Below are positions 18,901-29,635 of a stretch of DNA of 64,000 nucleotides, piece after piece; within the stretch, counting starts at the first letter, position 1; each line of letters opens with the position of its first letter. Source of the stretch: Actinomycetota bacterium (lineage in GTDB: Bacteria; Actinomycetota; JAHEXW01); NCBI GenBank assembly GCA_025355855.1, contig JANXYU010000032.1:28832-92831 (forward strand), given 5' to 3'. The position numbers and the translations under genes were made by a program. The notes below the pieces were generated by a model. That model had not been told where the DNA came from and searched no databases. It worked only from the letters and a program-made list of their open reading frames with translations.

Positions 18901-19603
18901 GAGCCCTCGCGGCCGCGGCTCCTTGTTTCAAGGAACCCGCCTTCATAAAACCCCATAGCAGGAGCGCGGCCCCGGCCATCTCCGCGGGATAAAGACCAAC
19001 CGCTTCACCGCGTCTGGCCAATGCTCCCGCAGTGGCGATTGCCAGGGTCCCAGCCGCGATCAAAACATTCGCCCACATCCGGTAGGCGTATTCCTGCTTG
19101 GCCGCAAACCTTATTACCGAGTATACGGCTCCGCCCAGCAAGGCCAGCGTACCCGGAATGGTACAGGCAAAAGAGAACAGCCGTACCGTGGTGGCCATCG
19201 CGTTGCCCCCTACGGTGATTCCAGGAATAAGTTTGGCCGTGACCAATTGCGCGTTAAGCGACGCATACAGAAACACCGCGGTCAAGACAAGGGTATATGC
19301 TAGATATAAATGGCCCCAGAGCTTGTTCTTAAAGATCAGGTAGACCGTGCCCAAGCCGAGGTATAGAACCAGGGTCGCGGCCATCACATAGTAGAAACGG
19401 TAGACCAGCGGGTTCCAGCTTTGCGTGTACTCGGACACAGTCTCGATCACCGCGGCGGCGGCGTAAAGAAACATGCCCATGGCCCAGGCAAGCTGATGGG
19501 GCTGGCGTCGAGCCAGGTACTGTTTGAGCAAGAGAAACGTGAAGACAAATCCTGTGAGCGCCGTCAATAGCGGCCAAATCCAGTGCGACCAAAAGGCGTT
19601 CAT
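18881..19603 (-). CDS. hypothetical polytopic membrane protein
   Basis: 240 aa with about 7 TM helices. It overlaps the Nramp start and is probably co-transcribed with it. Confidence 0.45.
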   Translation of the reverse strand: MNAFWSHWIWPLLTALTGFVFTFLLLKQYLARRQPHQLAWAMGMFLYAAAAVIETVSEYTQSWNPLVYRFYYVMAATLVLYLGLGTVYLIFKNKLWGHLYLAYTLVLTAVFLYASLNAQLVTAKLIPGITVGGNAMATTVRLFSFACTIPGTLALLGGAVYSVIRFAAKQEYAYRMWANVLIAAGTLAIATAGALARRGEAVGLYPAEMAGAALLLWGFMKAGSLKQGAAAARARAETPT

Positions 19604-19609
19604 CGGCGC

Positions 19610-20113
19610 CTACACGACTTCCGAAAACGCCGATTTTGGTGCCCCGCAGACAGGACATTTCTCCGGCGCCGACCCGGTATGCACATGCCCGCAGTAGGAG
19701 CAGACATAGTAGGCGACGTCTTCCGCGTTACCCAACGTCTCCATCATGTCTTTATACAAGATCGCGTGCTCTTCTTCCACCTTGGCGACATACTTAAGAT
19801 AGGCGGCGACATTATCGTCGCCCGCCGCCGCGGCGTCAGTCATAAATGTCGGATACATCTCAGTATATTCATATGTCTCACCTTCGATGGCGATGGTCAG
19901 ATTGGCTGTCGTCTCTCCTACGCCACCGACAAAACCCAGATGGCGGTGCGCGTGGATCGTCTCGGATTGAGCCGCGGCTCGGAACAGTTTGGCCGCTTGA
20001 TAATAGCCTTCCGCCTCTGCTTTCTTGGCGAACGCCAGATACTTCCGGTTGGCCTGCGATTCGCCCGCGAACGCGTTCATCAGATCTTTTTCGGTTTTGT
20101 CACCTATACTCAT
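19610..20113 (-). CDS. rbr: rubrerythrin
   Basis: A ferritin-like diiron domain (ExxH motifs) plus a C-terminal rubredoxin CSYCGH...CPVCG. The start was reassigned to the ATG at 20113, which has AAGGAGG 9 nt upstream. Confidence 0.85.
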   Translation of the reverse strand: MSIGDKTEKDLMNAFAGESQANRKYLAFAKKAEAEGYYQAAKLFRAAAQSETIHAHRHLGFVGGVGETTANLTIAIEGETYEYTEMYPTFMTDAAAAGDDNVAAYLKYVAKVEEEHAILYKDMMETLGNAEDVAYYVCSYCGHVHTGSAPEKCPVCGAPKSAFSEVV

Positions 20114-20186
20114 TTTTGAGTGCCTCCTTGTCTCGCGACTCATCATACGGAAGTATCATTGCCAGATAATAATACTCTCGAGCGTC

Positions 20187-20864
20187 CTAGTCGGTAAAGA
20201 AACCTTTGTTCAAGTCGCCGGAATTGCTATAGCCGCGGCTTTCCCAATAGCCGCGGAAAGACGTATCGTCACTCAAAGTTATGCTTTCGATCCATTTGAT
20301 CCATTTGTAACCCCATTTCTGCTCCGCGACCAACATAAATGGAAACCCTCGTTCCGGCGGTAGATCGACCCCGTTCATCTTATTGGCGATCATTATTTTG
20401 TTGGCCTTGAAATATTCAACCGGGAACGATGTCGAATAGCCATCATGGGCGCGTAAGATGACGACACTCGCCCGGCTTTTTGGATCGGCTTGACGCAATA
20501 GGTCTTCGACCAGAACGCCTTCCCAGAGAATCGTGACGCTCCAGCCTTCGACGCAATCCAATTTGACCACCTTGCTTACGGCCGAGTGTTTTTTGACAAC
20601 GTCATCGTATGTCAACGACTGCGGCTTGTTGACCAAACCGTTAATGACTAGATGGTATGTGTCTTTGGGAACCGTTTGCGGACCTTTGATGGAGTTTTCT
20701 TGAAAATCGGCGATCGACGACAGGTTCTTACCTTTATATTCTCTTACTTCAACCGATTTGAGACGCGTAATATTGTCAGTGGGCGCTCCAGCGATGCAGC
20801 CGCCTAGAAAAAGAGCGACCGCGCCGGCCGCCAGCAACTGCAGCGCAATTCTTGGACGAGACAT
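20187..20864 (-). CDS. lipoprotein with a sulfite-oxidase-like molybdopterin-binding oxidoreductase domain
   Basis: Signal peptide with an LGGC lipobox. The CVEGWS motif and overall similarity point to the Oxidored_molyb fold. Assignment is moderate. Confidence 0.5.
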   Translation of the reverse strand: MSRPRIALQLLAAGAVALFLGGCIAGAPTDNITRLKSVEVREYKGKNLSSIADFQENSIKGPQTVPKDTYHLVINGLVNKPQSLTYDDVVKKHSAVSKVVKLDCVEGWSVTILWEGVLVEDLLRQADPKSRASVVILRAHDGYSTSFPVEYFKANKIMIANKMNGVDLPPERGFPFMLVAEQKWGYKWIKWIESITLSDDTSFRGYWESRGYSNSGDLNKGFFTD

Positions 20865-20977
20865 GATACCTCCTTATGCGAGCCGTTGTCTTGACACAAG
20901 CATACTCTAGTTTACGTTAGTTTTAGCCGATTATCATGATAGACTGTTAGTTAAGAAAAAGCGTGTTAGGAGATGGG

Positions 20978-21667
20978 ATGCGCCATAAGATCTGGCTTCA
21001 AGTGGCCGCGGCCACATTGTTGGTTTTGGTCGCGGGTTGTGCCATTCACTCAACGAAAGCAGCGACCAACCCGGCCGGCCCGCGCCATTCCTATGCGAAC
21101 GCGTTCTTCCCCAACAAACCAATCGCGCCAACCCTGTTCCATGCCGAAACGGATGACCGACGTGTCGTATTAACCTGGCTAATGCCCGCCTGGGAAGACC
21201 AATATCCATTCGACATCTATCGTTGGACAACCGGTTTGAGTCCGAAGCTACTGGATTCTGTGCCGGCGGGCGTTCACTTCTACACTGACAATAGCGCCGC
21301 GCCCGACACCAACTATTTCTATCTTGTGACTACTCGAAAAGATGATATTATTTCCAGCGATTGCACGGCACAGCTGGTGGGAGTCAGACTTGAGCCCGGT
21401 GATTCTACCAAACCGCCGATCTGGGCCAGGAACGGCGTTACGCCGCCTCGCTATCCGAGCGATCCGGCAGCCTACCTCAATTGGGCCAGTGAGCAAGCGG
21501 CTAGGATCAGGGAACAATTGCCATATAGTTTTGTGGAAGAAATCTGCCCGGCCTGCGGGGGGAGCGGGATTATCTCCCTACCGTCATCGACTAACGGTTT
21601 GCCGGACTTGACGTACTGCCTGGCCTGTTTCGGCAGCGGTCACATCGTAACCGTCGTCCGGAAATAG
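20978..21667 (+). CDS. hypothetical lipoprotein with an Fn3-like domain and C-terminal 2x CxxCxGxG (DnaJ-type zinc finger-like)
   Basis: LVAGC lipobox; RRVVLTWLMPAWEDQYPFDIYRW...YFYLVT is Fn3-like; C-terminus has CPACGGSG and CLACFGSG. Start taken as the ATG at 20978 (AGGAG 5 nt upstream). Confidence 0.45.
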   Translation: MRHKIWLQVAAATLLVLVAGCAIHSTKAATNPAGPRHSYANAFFPNKPIAPTLFHAETDDRRVVLTWLMPAWEDQYPFDIYRWTTGLSPKLLDSVPAGVHFYTDNSAAPDTNYFYLVTTRKDDIISSDCTAQLVGVRLEPGDSTKPPIWARNGVTPPRYPSDPAAYLNWASEQAARIREQLPYSFVEEICPACGGSGIISLPSSTNGLPDLTYCLACFGSGHIVTVVRK

Positions 21668-21682
21668 GAGTACAAGGGGTAC

Positions 21683-22555
21683 TTACTTAACTATCTTAGA
21701 AATTGGCATCTCCAGAATGTCTTCCGCTCCGGCGCTTTTGAGCTGCGGTAACAGTATGTTTACGCCCCGCTTGTCGACAACCGTTGTGACGCCCACATAA
21801 TCATCGCCCGCTAACGGGGAAATGGTCGGTCGTTTCATGGCCGGCAGGGTCTGCAGGACTGCGTCAAGATTGGCTTTACTGACATTCATTGACAACAGCA
21901 CCCGGCCGCGCGCTTCAATAACACCGAGCAGCAACGTCTTAATCTCCTCAATGGCTTGCCGTTTGGCGGGGTCCGCCCAAGCCGCCTTGTTGGCCACTAA
22001 GAGCGTGGGAAACTCACCGATAACACCGATTATCTTCAGTTGGTTCTTAACCAACGTCGCGCCGGTTTCAGTCAGATCGACAACCACGTCCATAAGCTCA
22101 GGTATCTTGGCCTCGCTTGCTCCGTAGGAATAGAAAATCTTTACTGGGATACCAAGATCCTTAAAATACTGGGTTGTCACTTTCGGAAATTCCGTGGTCA
22201 CGCGGCTGTTCGGCCGGATGTCTTCCGGTTTGTCGATAGCCTCGGTGTTGGCGACGGCGATGACCATCTTGATAGTTCCCGCGCCCGTCTTGGCATAGGG
22301 TAGTTCGGCGACAGTGACCACGTCGGCACCCGACTCGCGCACACAGTCCGCGCCCGATATCCCAAGATCGAAATAATCTTCCATGACATAGGTCGGGATC
22401 TCTTGCGGCCGCAGAATTTTGACCTTACCGATGCGCGGGTCATCGATGGTTGAGTTGTATTCGCGGTCGCCTTTTTTGACCGCCAGGTCGGCCTGGGCAA
22501 ATAACTCGAGAGTCTGTTCCCCCAGACTTCCTTTCGGCAAAGCCAATCGCAACAT
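21683..22555 (-). CDS. hisG: ATP phosphoribosyltransferase HisG (long form)
   Basis: 290 aa, MLRLALPKGSL; this is the long-form HisG carrying the C-terminal regulatory domain. AGGGGG Shine-Dalgarno upstream. Confidence 0.9.
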   Translation of the reverse strand: MLRLALPKGSLGEQTLELFAQADLAVKKGDREYNSTIDDPRIGKVKILRPQEIPTYVMEDYFDLGISGADCVRESGADVVTVAELPYAKTGAGTIKMVIAVANTEAIDKPEDIRPNSRVTTEFPKVTTQYFKDLGIPVKIFYSYGASEAKIPELMDVVVDLTETGATLVKNQLKIIGVIGEFPTLLVANKAAWADPAKRQAIEEIKTLLLGVIEARGRVLLSMNVSKANLDAVLQTLPAMKRPTISPLAGDDYVGVTTVVDKRGVNILLPQLKSAGAEDILEMPISKIVK

Positions 22556-22600
22556 AATTTAAACCCCCTGATGAATAGTCATTTCGAGAAATCTACTTCA

Positions 22601-22622
22601 TTACTCCATTTAAATGGAGTAA
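22601..22622. promoter_or_regulatory. 22-bp perfect palindrome TTACTCCATTTAAATGGAGTAA (copy 1), in the hisG promoter region
   Basis: Identical core to the copies at 44631-44652 and 45185-45206. It lies about 46 nt upstream of the hisG start and overlaps the likely -10/+1 region. Confidence 0.55.
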
Positions 22623-22672
22623 TGACGTTTTGCCAAGTCAGCAATTAGATTAGGTAATTGTAGCATAATCGC

Positions 22673-25474
22673 CTATTTAAGAACGTCCTTGAGGAATTGC
22701 CCGGTATAGGATTTCTTGGTCTTAGCGACGGTCTCCGGTGTACCGGCTACAACTAGCCGACCGCCCCCGGCCCCGCCCTCGGGCCCCAGGTCTATCAGCC
22801 AGTCAGCGACCTTGATGACATCTAGGTTGTGCTCGATAACGATTATCGTATTGCCCTGGTCGACAAGGCGATTGAGAACCTCCAGCAGTTTGGCGATATC
22901 GGCGAAATGCAGACCTGTCGTCGGTTCGTCGAGGATATATAAGGTGCGCCCGGTGGCGCGTTTGGCCAGTTCGGCCGAGAGCTTCACGCGCTGCGCTTCC
23001 CCGCCTGACAAAGTCGGCGCCGGCTGGCCCAGCTTGACGTAGCCCAACCCAACATCGTAAATCGTTTCCAGCTTGCGTTTGATGACCGGGATCTTGTCAA
23101 AGAACGCCAAACCCTCTTCGATACTCATGTCGAGAACCTGAGCGATGTTTTTGCCTTTAAACTTGATATCGAGCGTTTCGGCGTTGAATCTCGTCCCTTT
23201 GCATACCTCACAGGTAACATAGACGTCCGGCAGAAAATGCATCTCGATCTTTATTTGGCCATCGCCGTGGCAATTCTCGCAACGGCCGCCGGCGACGTTG
23301 AAGCTGAAGCGACCCGGCTTGTAGCCGCGCAGTTTTGCCTCAGGCGTCATCGAATATACCTTTCTGATCTCGTCGAAAGCTTTGATATAGGTCGACGGAT
23401 TACTGCGGGGGGTCCGACCGATAGGCGACTGGTCGATCTCGATAGCTTTATCGATATATTCCAAACCTAAAATCGCCTCATGCGCTCCGGGAATCACGCG
23501 GCTTTTGTAGAGCTTTCTGGAAACCGACTTCCAAAGAATGTCATCGACGAGCGTACTCTTGCCTGACCCGGATACCCCGGTGACGCAGGTCAAAACACCC
23601 AAAGGAAACTCTATGTCCATGCCGGTAAGGTTATGTTCGCGGGGACCTTTGATCACTATGGCAGAACCGTTGGACTCCCGCCGTTTGGCCGGTACCGCAA
23701 TCGTACGTTCGCCCCGCAGATATTTTCCGGTCAGCGATTCCTTAGACGCCATGATGTCTGCAACCGTCCCTTGCGCGACGATCTGTCCGCCATGCGCCCC
23801 AGCCGCCGGCCCGATATCAACAATATGATCGGCGGCCAGGATGGTCGCCTCATCGTGTTCCACCACGACCAAGGTATTGCCGATGTCGCGCAGGTGCTTC
23901 AGGGTCACGATCAGCCGCTCGTTGTCACGCTGGTGTAGTCCAATACTCGGTTCATCTAGAACATATAGTACCCCGACAAGGCCAGATCCGATCTGCGTGG
24001 CCAGACGGATACGTTGCGCTTCTCCGCCCGCCAACGTCGCCGCCGCCCGGTTGACCGTCAGGTAATCCAAACCGACGTCAACGAGGAACTTGACCCGCCG
24101 CTTAATCTCTTTCAAAAGCCGCTCGGCTATCTGCGCTTCACGGTCATTCAGTCGCAGGTGCTCAAAGAATGACATCAAATCTCGTGCGGACAGTTCACCC
24201 ATTTCATAGATGTTAATCCCGCCAACGGTGACGGCCAATATCTCTTGTTTCAAACGGGCGCCGTGACAGGTTGGGCAAGGAACGAGGCTCATATACTCTT
24301 CCAGCTTATCCCTGGCATAATCGGAATCAGTTTCTTTGTAGCGTCTCGTTATGTTATTCAGCACGCCTTCGAATTTAGCGTGATGGGCATGTGTATAGCC
24401 GCTGACACTGCGGAACCGAACATAAACGCGTGTCTCGCCGGTGCCGTTCAGAATGACGTCTTTTTGCCCGTCCGTCAGGTCGTGCCAGGGCATGTCGATA
24501 TCGATGCCGTACTCTGCCGCGACAGCCCGAATCATCTGTGGATAGAAGTTGACTGAAGGTCCGGAAAACGGCGCTATGGCCCCCTCTGCCAAGGAGCGGC
24601 TGGGTTCGGGGATTATCAGATCAAGATCCGGTTGGACGCGCGACCCTAGACCGTCGCACGCCGGACACGCGCCGTAGGGGGTGTTGAAGGAAAAAGCGCG
24701 CGGTGATAATTCGCCGAAACTAAACCCATCGTTCAAGCAGGCATAGTGGGTCGAATATGATTCTCGTTCCCCGCCCACCTCGACTGCGATAATTCCATCC
24801 GCCAGCTTCAGGGCGGTTTCCACGGAATCGGCCAGCCTTCGCTTGACGCCTTCCTTGATGACCACCCGGTCGACTACCACGTCAATATTGTGCCGTACTT
24901 TCTTGTCCAACGCGATGTTCTCATCAAGTCCGTAGACTTCCCCGTCGATCTTCACCCGGGCATAGCCTTCCTGGCGCAGACGGTCGATCAGTTCCCGATA
25001 TTCACCTTTCCGGTCCCTCACGACAGGCGCTAAAATGGCCAGCTTCGTACCCGCGGCGCGGCCAGCGATCTGTTCGATGATCTGTGTGGCGCTTTGCTGC
25101 GTTATGGCGGCACCGCATACGGGGCAGTGGGGCGTACCTACTCTAGCGTATAGGACGCGCAAATAATCGTAGATCTCTGTTATCGTGCCGACAGTCGAAC
25201 GAGGATTCTTGGTTGTGCCCTTTTGGTCGATACATACGGCCGGGCTTAAGCCCTCGATGGAGTCGACATCAGGCTTGTTCATCTGTCCGAGGAACTGACG
25301 AGCGTAAGCGGACAACGACTCGACATAGCGTCGTTCTCCCTCGGCGTAGAGGGTATCGATGGCCAGTGACGACTTGCCGGATCCGCTCATGCCAGTCATT
25401 ACGATTAATTTGTTGCGCGGCAGTTCGATGGAAACATTCTTGAGGTTATGTTCGCGGGCGCCGCGAATGACTAT
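22673..25474 (-). CDS. uvrA: excinuclease ABC subunit UvrA (start unresolved; conserved N-terminus extends upstream of the first ATG and overlaps the uvrB stop)
   Basis: The track ORF of 908 aa begins [12 protein letters not shown]. The same frame upstream encodes [28 protein letters not shown], the canonical UvrA N-terminus. No in-frame ATG, GTG or TTG exists before the upstream stop at 25517-25519. The feature end is placed at the ATA codon 25472-25474. Confidence 0.85.
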   Translation of the reverse strand: MVIRGAREHNLKNVSIELPRNKLIVMTGMSGSGKSSLAIDTLYAEGERRYVESLSAYARQFLGQMNKPDVDSIEGLSPAVCIDQKGTTKNPRSTVGTITEIYDYLRVLYARVGTPHCPVCGAAITQQSATQIIEQIAGRAAGTKLAILAPVVRDRKGEYRELIDRLRQEGYARVKIDGEVYGLDENIALDKKVRHNIDVVVDRVVIKEGVKRRLADSVETALKLADGIIAVEVGGERESYSTHYACLNDGFSFGELSPRAFSFNTPYGACPACDGLGSRVQPDLDLIIPEPSRSLAEGAIAPFSGPSVNFYPQMIRAVAAEYGIDIDMPWHDLTDGQKDVILNGTGETRVYVRFRSVSGYTHAHHAKFEGVLNNITRRYKETDSDYARDKLEEYMSLVPCPTCHGARLKQEILAVTVGGINIYEMGELSARDLMSFFEHLRLNDREAQIAERLLKEIKRRVKFLVDVGLDYLTVNRAAATLAGGEAQRIRLATQIGSGLVGVLYVLDEPSIGLHQRDNERLIVTLKHLRDIGNTLVVVEHDEATILAADHIVDIGPAAGAHGGQIVAQGTVADIMASKESLTGKYLRGERTIAVPAKRRESNGSAIVIKGPREHNLTGMDIEFPLGVLTCVTGVSGSGKSTLVDDILWKSVSRKLYKSRVIPGAHEAILGLEYIDKAIEIDQSPIGRTPRSNPSTYIKAFDEIRKVYSMTPEAKLRGYKPGRFSFNVAGGRCENCHGDGQIKIEMHFLPDVYVTCEVCKGTRFNAETLDIKFKGKNIAQVLDMSIEEGLAFFDKIPVIKRKLETIYDVGLGYVKLGQPAPTLSGGEAQRVKLSAELAKRATGRTLYILDEPTTGLHFADIAKLLEVLNRLVDQGNTIIVIEHNLDVIKVADWLIDLGPEGGAGGGRLVVAGTPETVAKTKKSYTGQFLKDVLK

Positions 25475-27459
25475 TTTTTCTTCCGTTTTCCTAACCCTTC
25501 CTCTAACATATTGATTTCATCGCGAATTCGAGCCGCGTCCTCGAACCTCTCGGCGGCGGCGGCTTCCATCATCTCGTCCTTGAGAAGGCGCAATAGCATC
25601 TCGACTTCGTCTTTAGGCGCCTTCCGGATAGCCTTTATTGCGTCACGCGTTTCCGAAGTGTCGTCCATCTGGGAAGCGACCAGGATGTCGTTCACGGCTT
25701 TGCGGATGGTGGCGGGCTTGATGCCGTTCTTCTTATTATATTCCATCTGTAGCTTGCGCCGCCGGTTCGTCTCGGATATGGCCCGGCCCATACTGCCCGT
25801 GATTTTGTCCGCGTACATAATGACCTGGCCGCCGACATTTCGGGCCGCCCGCCCAATCGTTTGAATCAGCGATGTCTCGCTGCGCAGGAAGCCTTCCTTA
25901 TCCGCGTCCAGAATCAGGATCAGGCTGACCTCAGGCAAATCCAGACCCTCGCGCAGCAGGTTGATGCCAACCAGGCAATCATATTCGCCTCGCCGCAAGG
26001 ACGACAATATCTTGACGCGTTCCAGCGTAGCGATATCACTGTGCAGATATTGAACTCGCAGCCCAAGATCGGACAGGTAATCCGTCAAATCCTCCGCCAT
26101 CTTCTTGGTCAGCGTCGTGATCAGCACGCGTTCGTGTTTGTCGACGCGTTTCTTTACCTCGTTCATTAGGTCGTCCACCTGGTCTTTGGTCGGACGCACA
26201 ATAACTTCGGGATCAATCAAACCTGTCGGCCGGATGATCTGCTCGACGATGCGCGAACTCACTTTTCGCTCGAAGTCCGCGGGCGTGGCGCTCGTAAAAA
26301 CGATGGACTGCGTTCGCTCGACAAACTCCTCGAAACGCAGCGGCCGATTGTCGTAAGCGGACGGCAGGCGAAAACCATAGTCGACAAGCGTCTTCTTGCG
26401 GGCGACGTCGCCCCGGTACATGCCGGTGATTTGCGGCACCGTTATGTGGCTCTCGTCGATAATGGTAAGGAAGTCCTTGGGGAAATATGATAGCAACGTG
26501 TCGGGCGGCTCACCTGGTCCCCGACCCGAAAAATGCCGGCTATAGTTCTCGATGCCATTACAGTAGCCGACCTCCTGCATCATTTCCAAATCAAACTCAG
26601 TCCGCATCGTCAGCCGCTGGGCCTCCAGTAGCTGGCCGTTGTCCTTGAGTACCCTGAGGCGCTCGGCCAGTTCTTGCTTGATGGACACAAGCGCCTTCTC
26701 CATTTTCTCGGGAGCCGTAACAAAATGTGAAGCGGGGTAGATGACTGTGTCGGTTAGGACACGCTTGGTCCGCCCGGTTATGGGATCGATGACCTCGATC
26801 TTCTCAACCGTTTCACCATAGAACCCAATGCGCAGCGCGACTTCTTCGTAGGCCGGAAATACCTCCAGCACATCACCTTTCATGCGAAAGGTGCCTCGTT
26901 CGAGCACATAATCGTTCCGGTTGTATCTGATTTTGACGAGCTTCCTTAAAATCTCGTCTAAATCGTATTCGCTGCCGGTATTGAGCATAACGGTCTGGGC
27001 CAGATAGTCCTCCGGCGACCCCAAACCATAGATGCAGGAGACGCTCGCGACGATTACTATATCGCGGCGCGAGAATAGCGCCGAAGTCGCGGCATGGCGC
27101 AGACGGTCGATTTCTTCATTAATCGAAGAGTCCTTTTCGATGTAGGTGTCTGTTTGTGGTACATACGCTTCCGGCTGATAATAGTCGTAATAGCTGACAA
27201 AATAGGCGACCGCGTTGGTGGGAAATACTTCCTGGAACTCGCTCGCTAACTGGGCCGCCAGTGTTTTGTTCGGCGCGATCACAAGGGTCGGTTTTCCGGC
27301 TGCGGCAATCACGTTGGCCATGGTGAACGTTTTTCCTGAACCGGTTACGCCCAGCAGAGTCTGATATTTCTCACGCTCTTCTAGCCCCGCTAGTATCCCT
27401 TTGATAGCGTTTGGCTGGTCCCCGGCCGGTTGGAATGGGGAGACGATTTGGAAACCCAT
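25471..27459 (-). CDS. uvrB: excinuclease ABC subunit UvrB
   Basis: 662 aa with helicase motifs, a beta-hairpin region and a C-terminal UVR domain ([17 protein letters not shown]). Confidence 0.95.
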   Translation of the reverse strand: MGFQIVSPFQPAGDQPNAIKGILAGLEEREKYQTLLGVTGSGKTFTMANVIAAAGKPTLVIAPNKTLAAQLASEFQEVFPTNAVAYFVSYYDYYQPEAYVPQTDTYIEKDSSINEEIDRLRHAATSALFSRRDIVIVASVSCIYGLGSPEDYLAQTVMLNTGSEYDLDEILRKLVKIRYNRNDYVLERGTFRMKGDVLEVFPAYEEVALRIGFYGETVEKIEVIDPITGRTKRVLTDTVIYPASHFVTAPEKMEKALVSIKQELAERLRVLKDNGQLLEAQRLTMRTEFDLEMMQEVGYCNGIENYSRHFSGRGPGEPPDTLLSYFPKDFLTIIDESHITVPQITGMYRGDVARKKTLVDYGFRLPSAYDNRPLRFEEFVERTQSIVFTSATPADFERKVSSRIVEQIIRPTGLIDPEVIVRPTKDQVDDLMNEVKKRVDKHERVLITTLTKKMAEDLTDYLSDLGLRVQYLHSDIATLERVKILSSLRRGEYDCLVGINLLREGLDLPEVSLILILDADKEGFLRSETSLIQTIGRAARNVGGQVIMYADKITGSMGRAISETNRRRKLQMEYNKKNGIKPATIRKAVNDILVASQMDDTSETRDAIKAIRKAPKDEVEMLLRLLKDEMMEAAAAERFEDAARIRDEINMLEEGLGKRKKK

Positions 27460-28280
27460 TAGCTGATTCGCTCCGCCCGGGCCATGGCCAGCCAGAAACT
27501 AAAACCGGCCAAAAAACCGAATAGGAGTGTTCCGATCCCTAACTTGAACGAGAAAAACACGACCGCTCCCCAACCGATCGGCATCTCTTCACCAAACAAA
27601 GATACAGCGGTAAAAGCCAGCGTGGCGACTAACGCAACGGCGCCCCCCGCCACCAATCCCCCGATGCCTTGGCGCAGCATGAGCCCCGCGTCCCATTCGT
27701 CACCGAACGCTTCAACTAACCCTAGGCAAAGGCCCGTAATCGGAAACGCCGCCACCCCGGCGACCATTCCGCCAATCCCGCTGGCCAGCCAGGCGGCAAA
27801 AGTCTGCGCCGCCGGCTTTAACCCCAGGATCAGGCCGACCCATATTGCCACGCCCGTTAAGCCAGCTAGTAACCGGACAACCGGCACTATGTTTTTCTGA
27901 TCAGCCAAGTTGCCAGCCACCGCCCCGCTGATCATAGTAAATAAGCCAGTGATAAGTAAGAAATACGATAAAGCGGGCTTGTTTATCATCACGCCGAGCC
28001 ACAGAAACTTAAATATCGGCAACCCGATTGCCTGGAACAAGCCGAGAAACAGGAGAAACAACCCTCCGGCTGATATAGCGATCAGGCCTCCGCGGCTCGC
28101 CAAAGCTGCCGAGGGCCCTAGGGGCTTTGACGCTTGCTTTCTCTCAGGCCGGGTCGGTGCCTTGGCGCCAGAAGTCAAGGCGACAACAGGTGCTTCTACG
28201 CGTTCGAAGAATGACAGGTGACAGAGATTACAAAACTCCGCCCCGTCTGGATTTACGGCTCCGCACTTGGGACACTCCAT
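27459..28280 (-). CDS. zinc-ribbon domain-containing polytopic membrane protein
   Basis: N-terminal [19 protein letters not shown] zinc ribbon followed by a Gly/Ala-rich multi-TM region. The start is probably the ATG for MECPKCG. Confidence 0.45.
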   Translation of the reverse strand: MECPKCGAVNPDGAEFCNLCHLSFFERVEAPVVALTSGAKAPTRPERKQASKPLGPSAALASRGGLIAISAGGLFLLFLGLFQAIGLPIFKFLWLGVMINKPALSYFLLITGLFTMISGAVAGNLADQKNIVPVVRLLAGLTGVAIWVGLILGLKPAAQTFAAWLASGIGGMVAGVAAFPITGLCLGLVEAFGDEWDAGLMLRQGIGGLVAGGAVALVATLAFTAVSLFGEEMPIGWGAVVFFSFKLGIGTLLFGFLAGFSFWLAMARAERIS

Positions 28281-28281
28281 A

Positions 28282-28908
28282 TTACCCTCCATCGGCCGGC
28301 AACTTCTCAATCAGTTCATCCAAACGCCTGACGACAACATCGGGCGCGGCTTGGTTCGTATTCCTGACGCCCGCGACCAAAATAGTCTGACAGCCGGCGC
28401 TCAGCCCGGCCGCGACGTCGATATCGGTGTCTCCGATATACCAGGCGTCGGCCGGCCCCACGCCTAAACGAGTGCACGCCGCGATAACGACAGCTGGGTC
28501 AGGCTTCAGGGGGAACCCGTCGCCCTCACCCAGGACGTCGTCAAAGTACTCAAATAAGCCAACACCGCGCAGGATATCCACCGCGAGACCGCGATTTCTA
28601 TTGGTTACTATAGCCGCCGGTATGTTTCGGCGCCGCAGCTCACTCAATAGTTCTGAGGCCCCGGTGAGAATTTTAGTACGAGTCGCGAACCCTGTCAGAT
28701 ACAGACGGTGATATTCAGCGACATGCACTTCAGGGTCCGGCAAAAACCTGGCCAGCAGCGGGGTTAAACCGACCCCGATCAGCTCCACTATTTCGTCGCG
28801 CGATGCCGGCGGCCGTCCGAGCTCGTCCAGTAAGGCGTTGACACACCAAACGATTGCCTCGTCCGAGTCGATAAGCGTACCGTCCAAATCAAAGAGCGCG
28901 GCTTTCAC
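28282..28908 (-). CDS. HAD family hydrolase (phosphoglycolate phosphatase-like)
   Basis: Motif I FDLDGTLIDS; the C-terminal part contains GDTDIDV. Confidence 0.7.
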   Translation of the reverse strand: MKAALFDLDGTLIDSDEAIVWCVNALLDELGRPPASRDEIVELIGVGLTPLLARFLPDPEVHVAEYHRLYLTGFATRTKILTGASELLSELRRRNIPAAIVTNRNRGLAVDILRGVGLFEYFDDVLGEGDGFPLKPDPAVVIAACTRLGVGPADAWYIGDTDIDVAAGLSAGCQTILVAGVRNTNQAAPDVVVRRLDELIEKLPADGG

Positions 28909-29525
28909 CCGGCCCGCTCCGGGCCGGTCCGACGTGCCGTCGCGACGATTTTTTCCGCTGCGGCCGCTAGCGCAGAACGATCGGCGGTATTCTCGATTAT
29001 CATATCAGCGTACTTGACGCGCTCTTCGTCCGGCATCTGTGCCGCCATGCGCCGGCGAGCTTCTGCCTGCGTGCCTCCCCGGAAATTAACTATCCGATTG
29101 ACACGTACCTCTTGCGGCGCTGTCACCACAACATTCAAATCACCTACGTCGGCCAGGCCGGCCTCCAGCAAAAGCGGGGCGCGCAGAATGACGATTGCGG
29201 CCAAGGGTAAGGTCCGCCTTAGTTCCGTCAAGCGCTCGTTTATCGTGGCGGCGATTATGGGGTGCGTGATGTTATTTAGGTCACTTAGCGCGGTTGGGTC
29301 GTTAAAAACGATGTCAGCGAGTGTTGCTCTATTAATCAAGCGGCCGCCAGCCAGGATGCCCCGTCCGAAACGGTCAACAACCGCTTGATACGCGGGACCG
29401 CCGGGCGCCATCACCTCATGCGCGATCGTGTCGGCGTCGACAATAGCCGCCGCTTCCGGCCGCAGGTATTCTGTCAAAGCGCTCTTACCGGAGGCGATGC
29501 CGCCCGTTATGCTGATGACGAACAT
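28905..29525 (-). CDS. coaE: dephospho-CoA kinase CoaE
   Basis: P-loop ITGGIASGKS. The start was reassigned to the ATG at 29525, which has AAGGAG 6 nt upstream. Confidence 0.85.
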   Translation of the reverse strand: MFVISITGGIASGKSALTEYLRPEAAAIVDADTIAHEVMAPGGPAYQAVVDRFGRGILAGGRLINRATLADIVFNDPTALSDLNNITHPIIAATINERLTELRRTLPLAAIVILRAPLLLEAGLADVGDLNVVVTAPQEVRVNRIVNFRGGTQAEARRRMAAQMPDEERVKYADMIIENTADRSALAAAAEKIVATARRTGPERAG

Positions 29526-29566
29526 AGTCACTCCTTCTGTTGCCTTAGTTTCTCTAAACAAATAAA

Positions 29567-29604
29567 GCGGCCGGCTTACATTACAAAAGCTGTAAGCCGG
29601 CCGC
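29567..29604 (-). terminator. rho-independent terminator downstream of rpsA
   Basis: A 14-bp perfect stem GCGGCCGGCTTACA/TGTAAGCCGGCCGC is followed on the minus strand by UUUAUUUGUUU. Confidence 0.6.
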
Positions 29605-29635
29605 TATAGGATGCTGTTTTAGGACGCGTTTTGGC

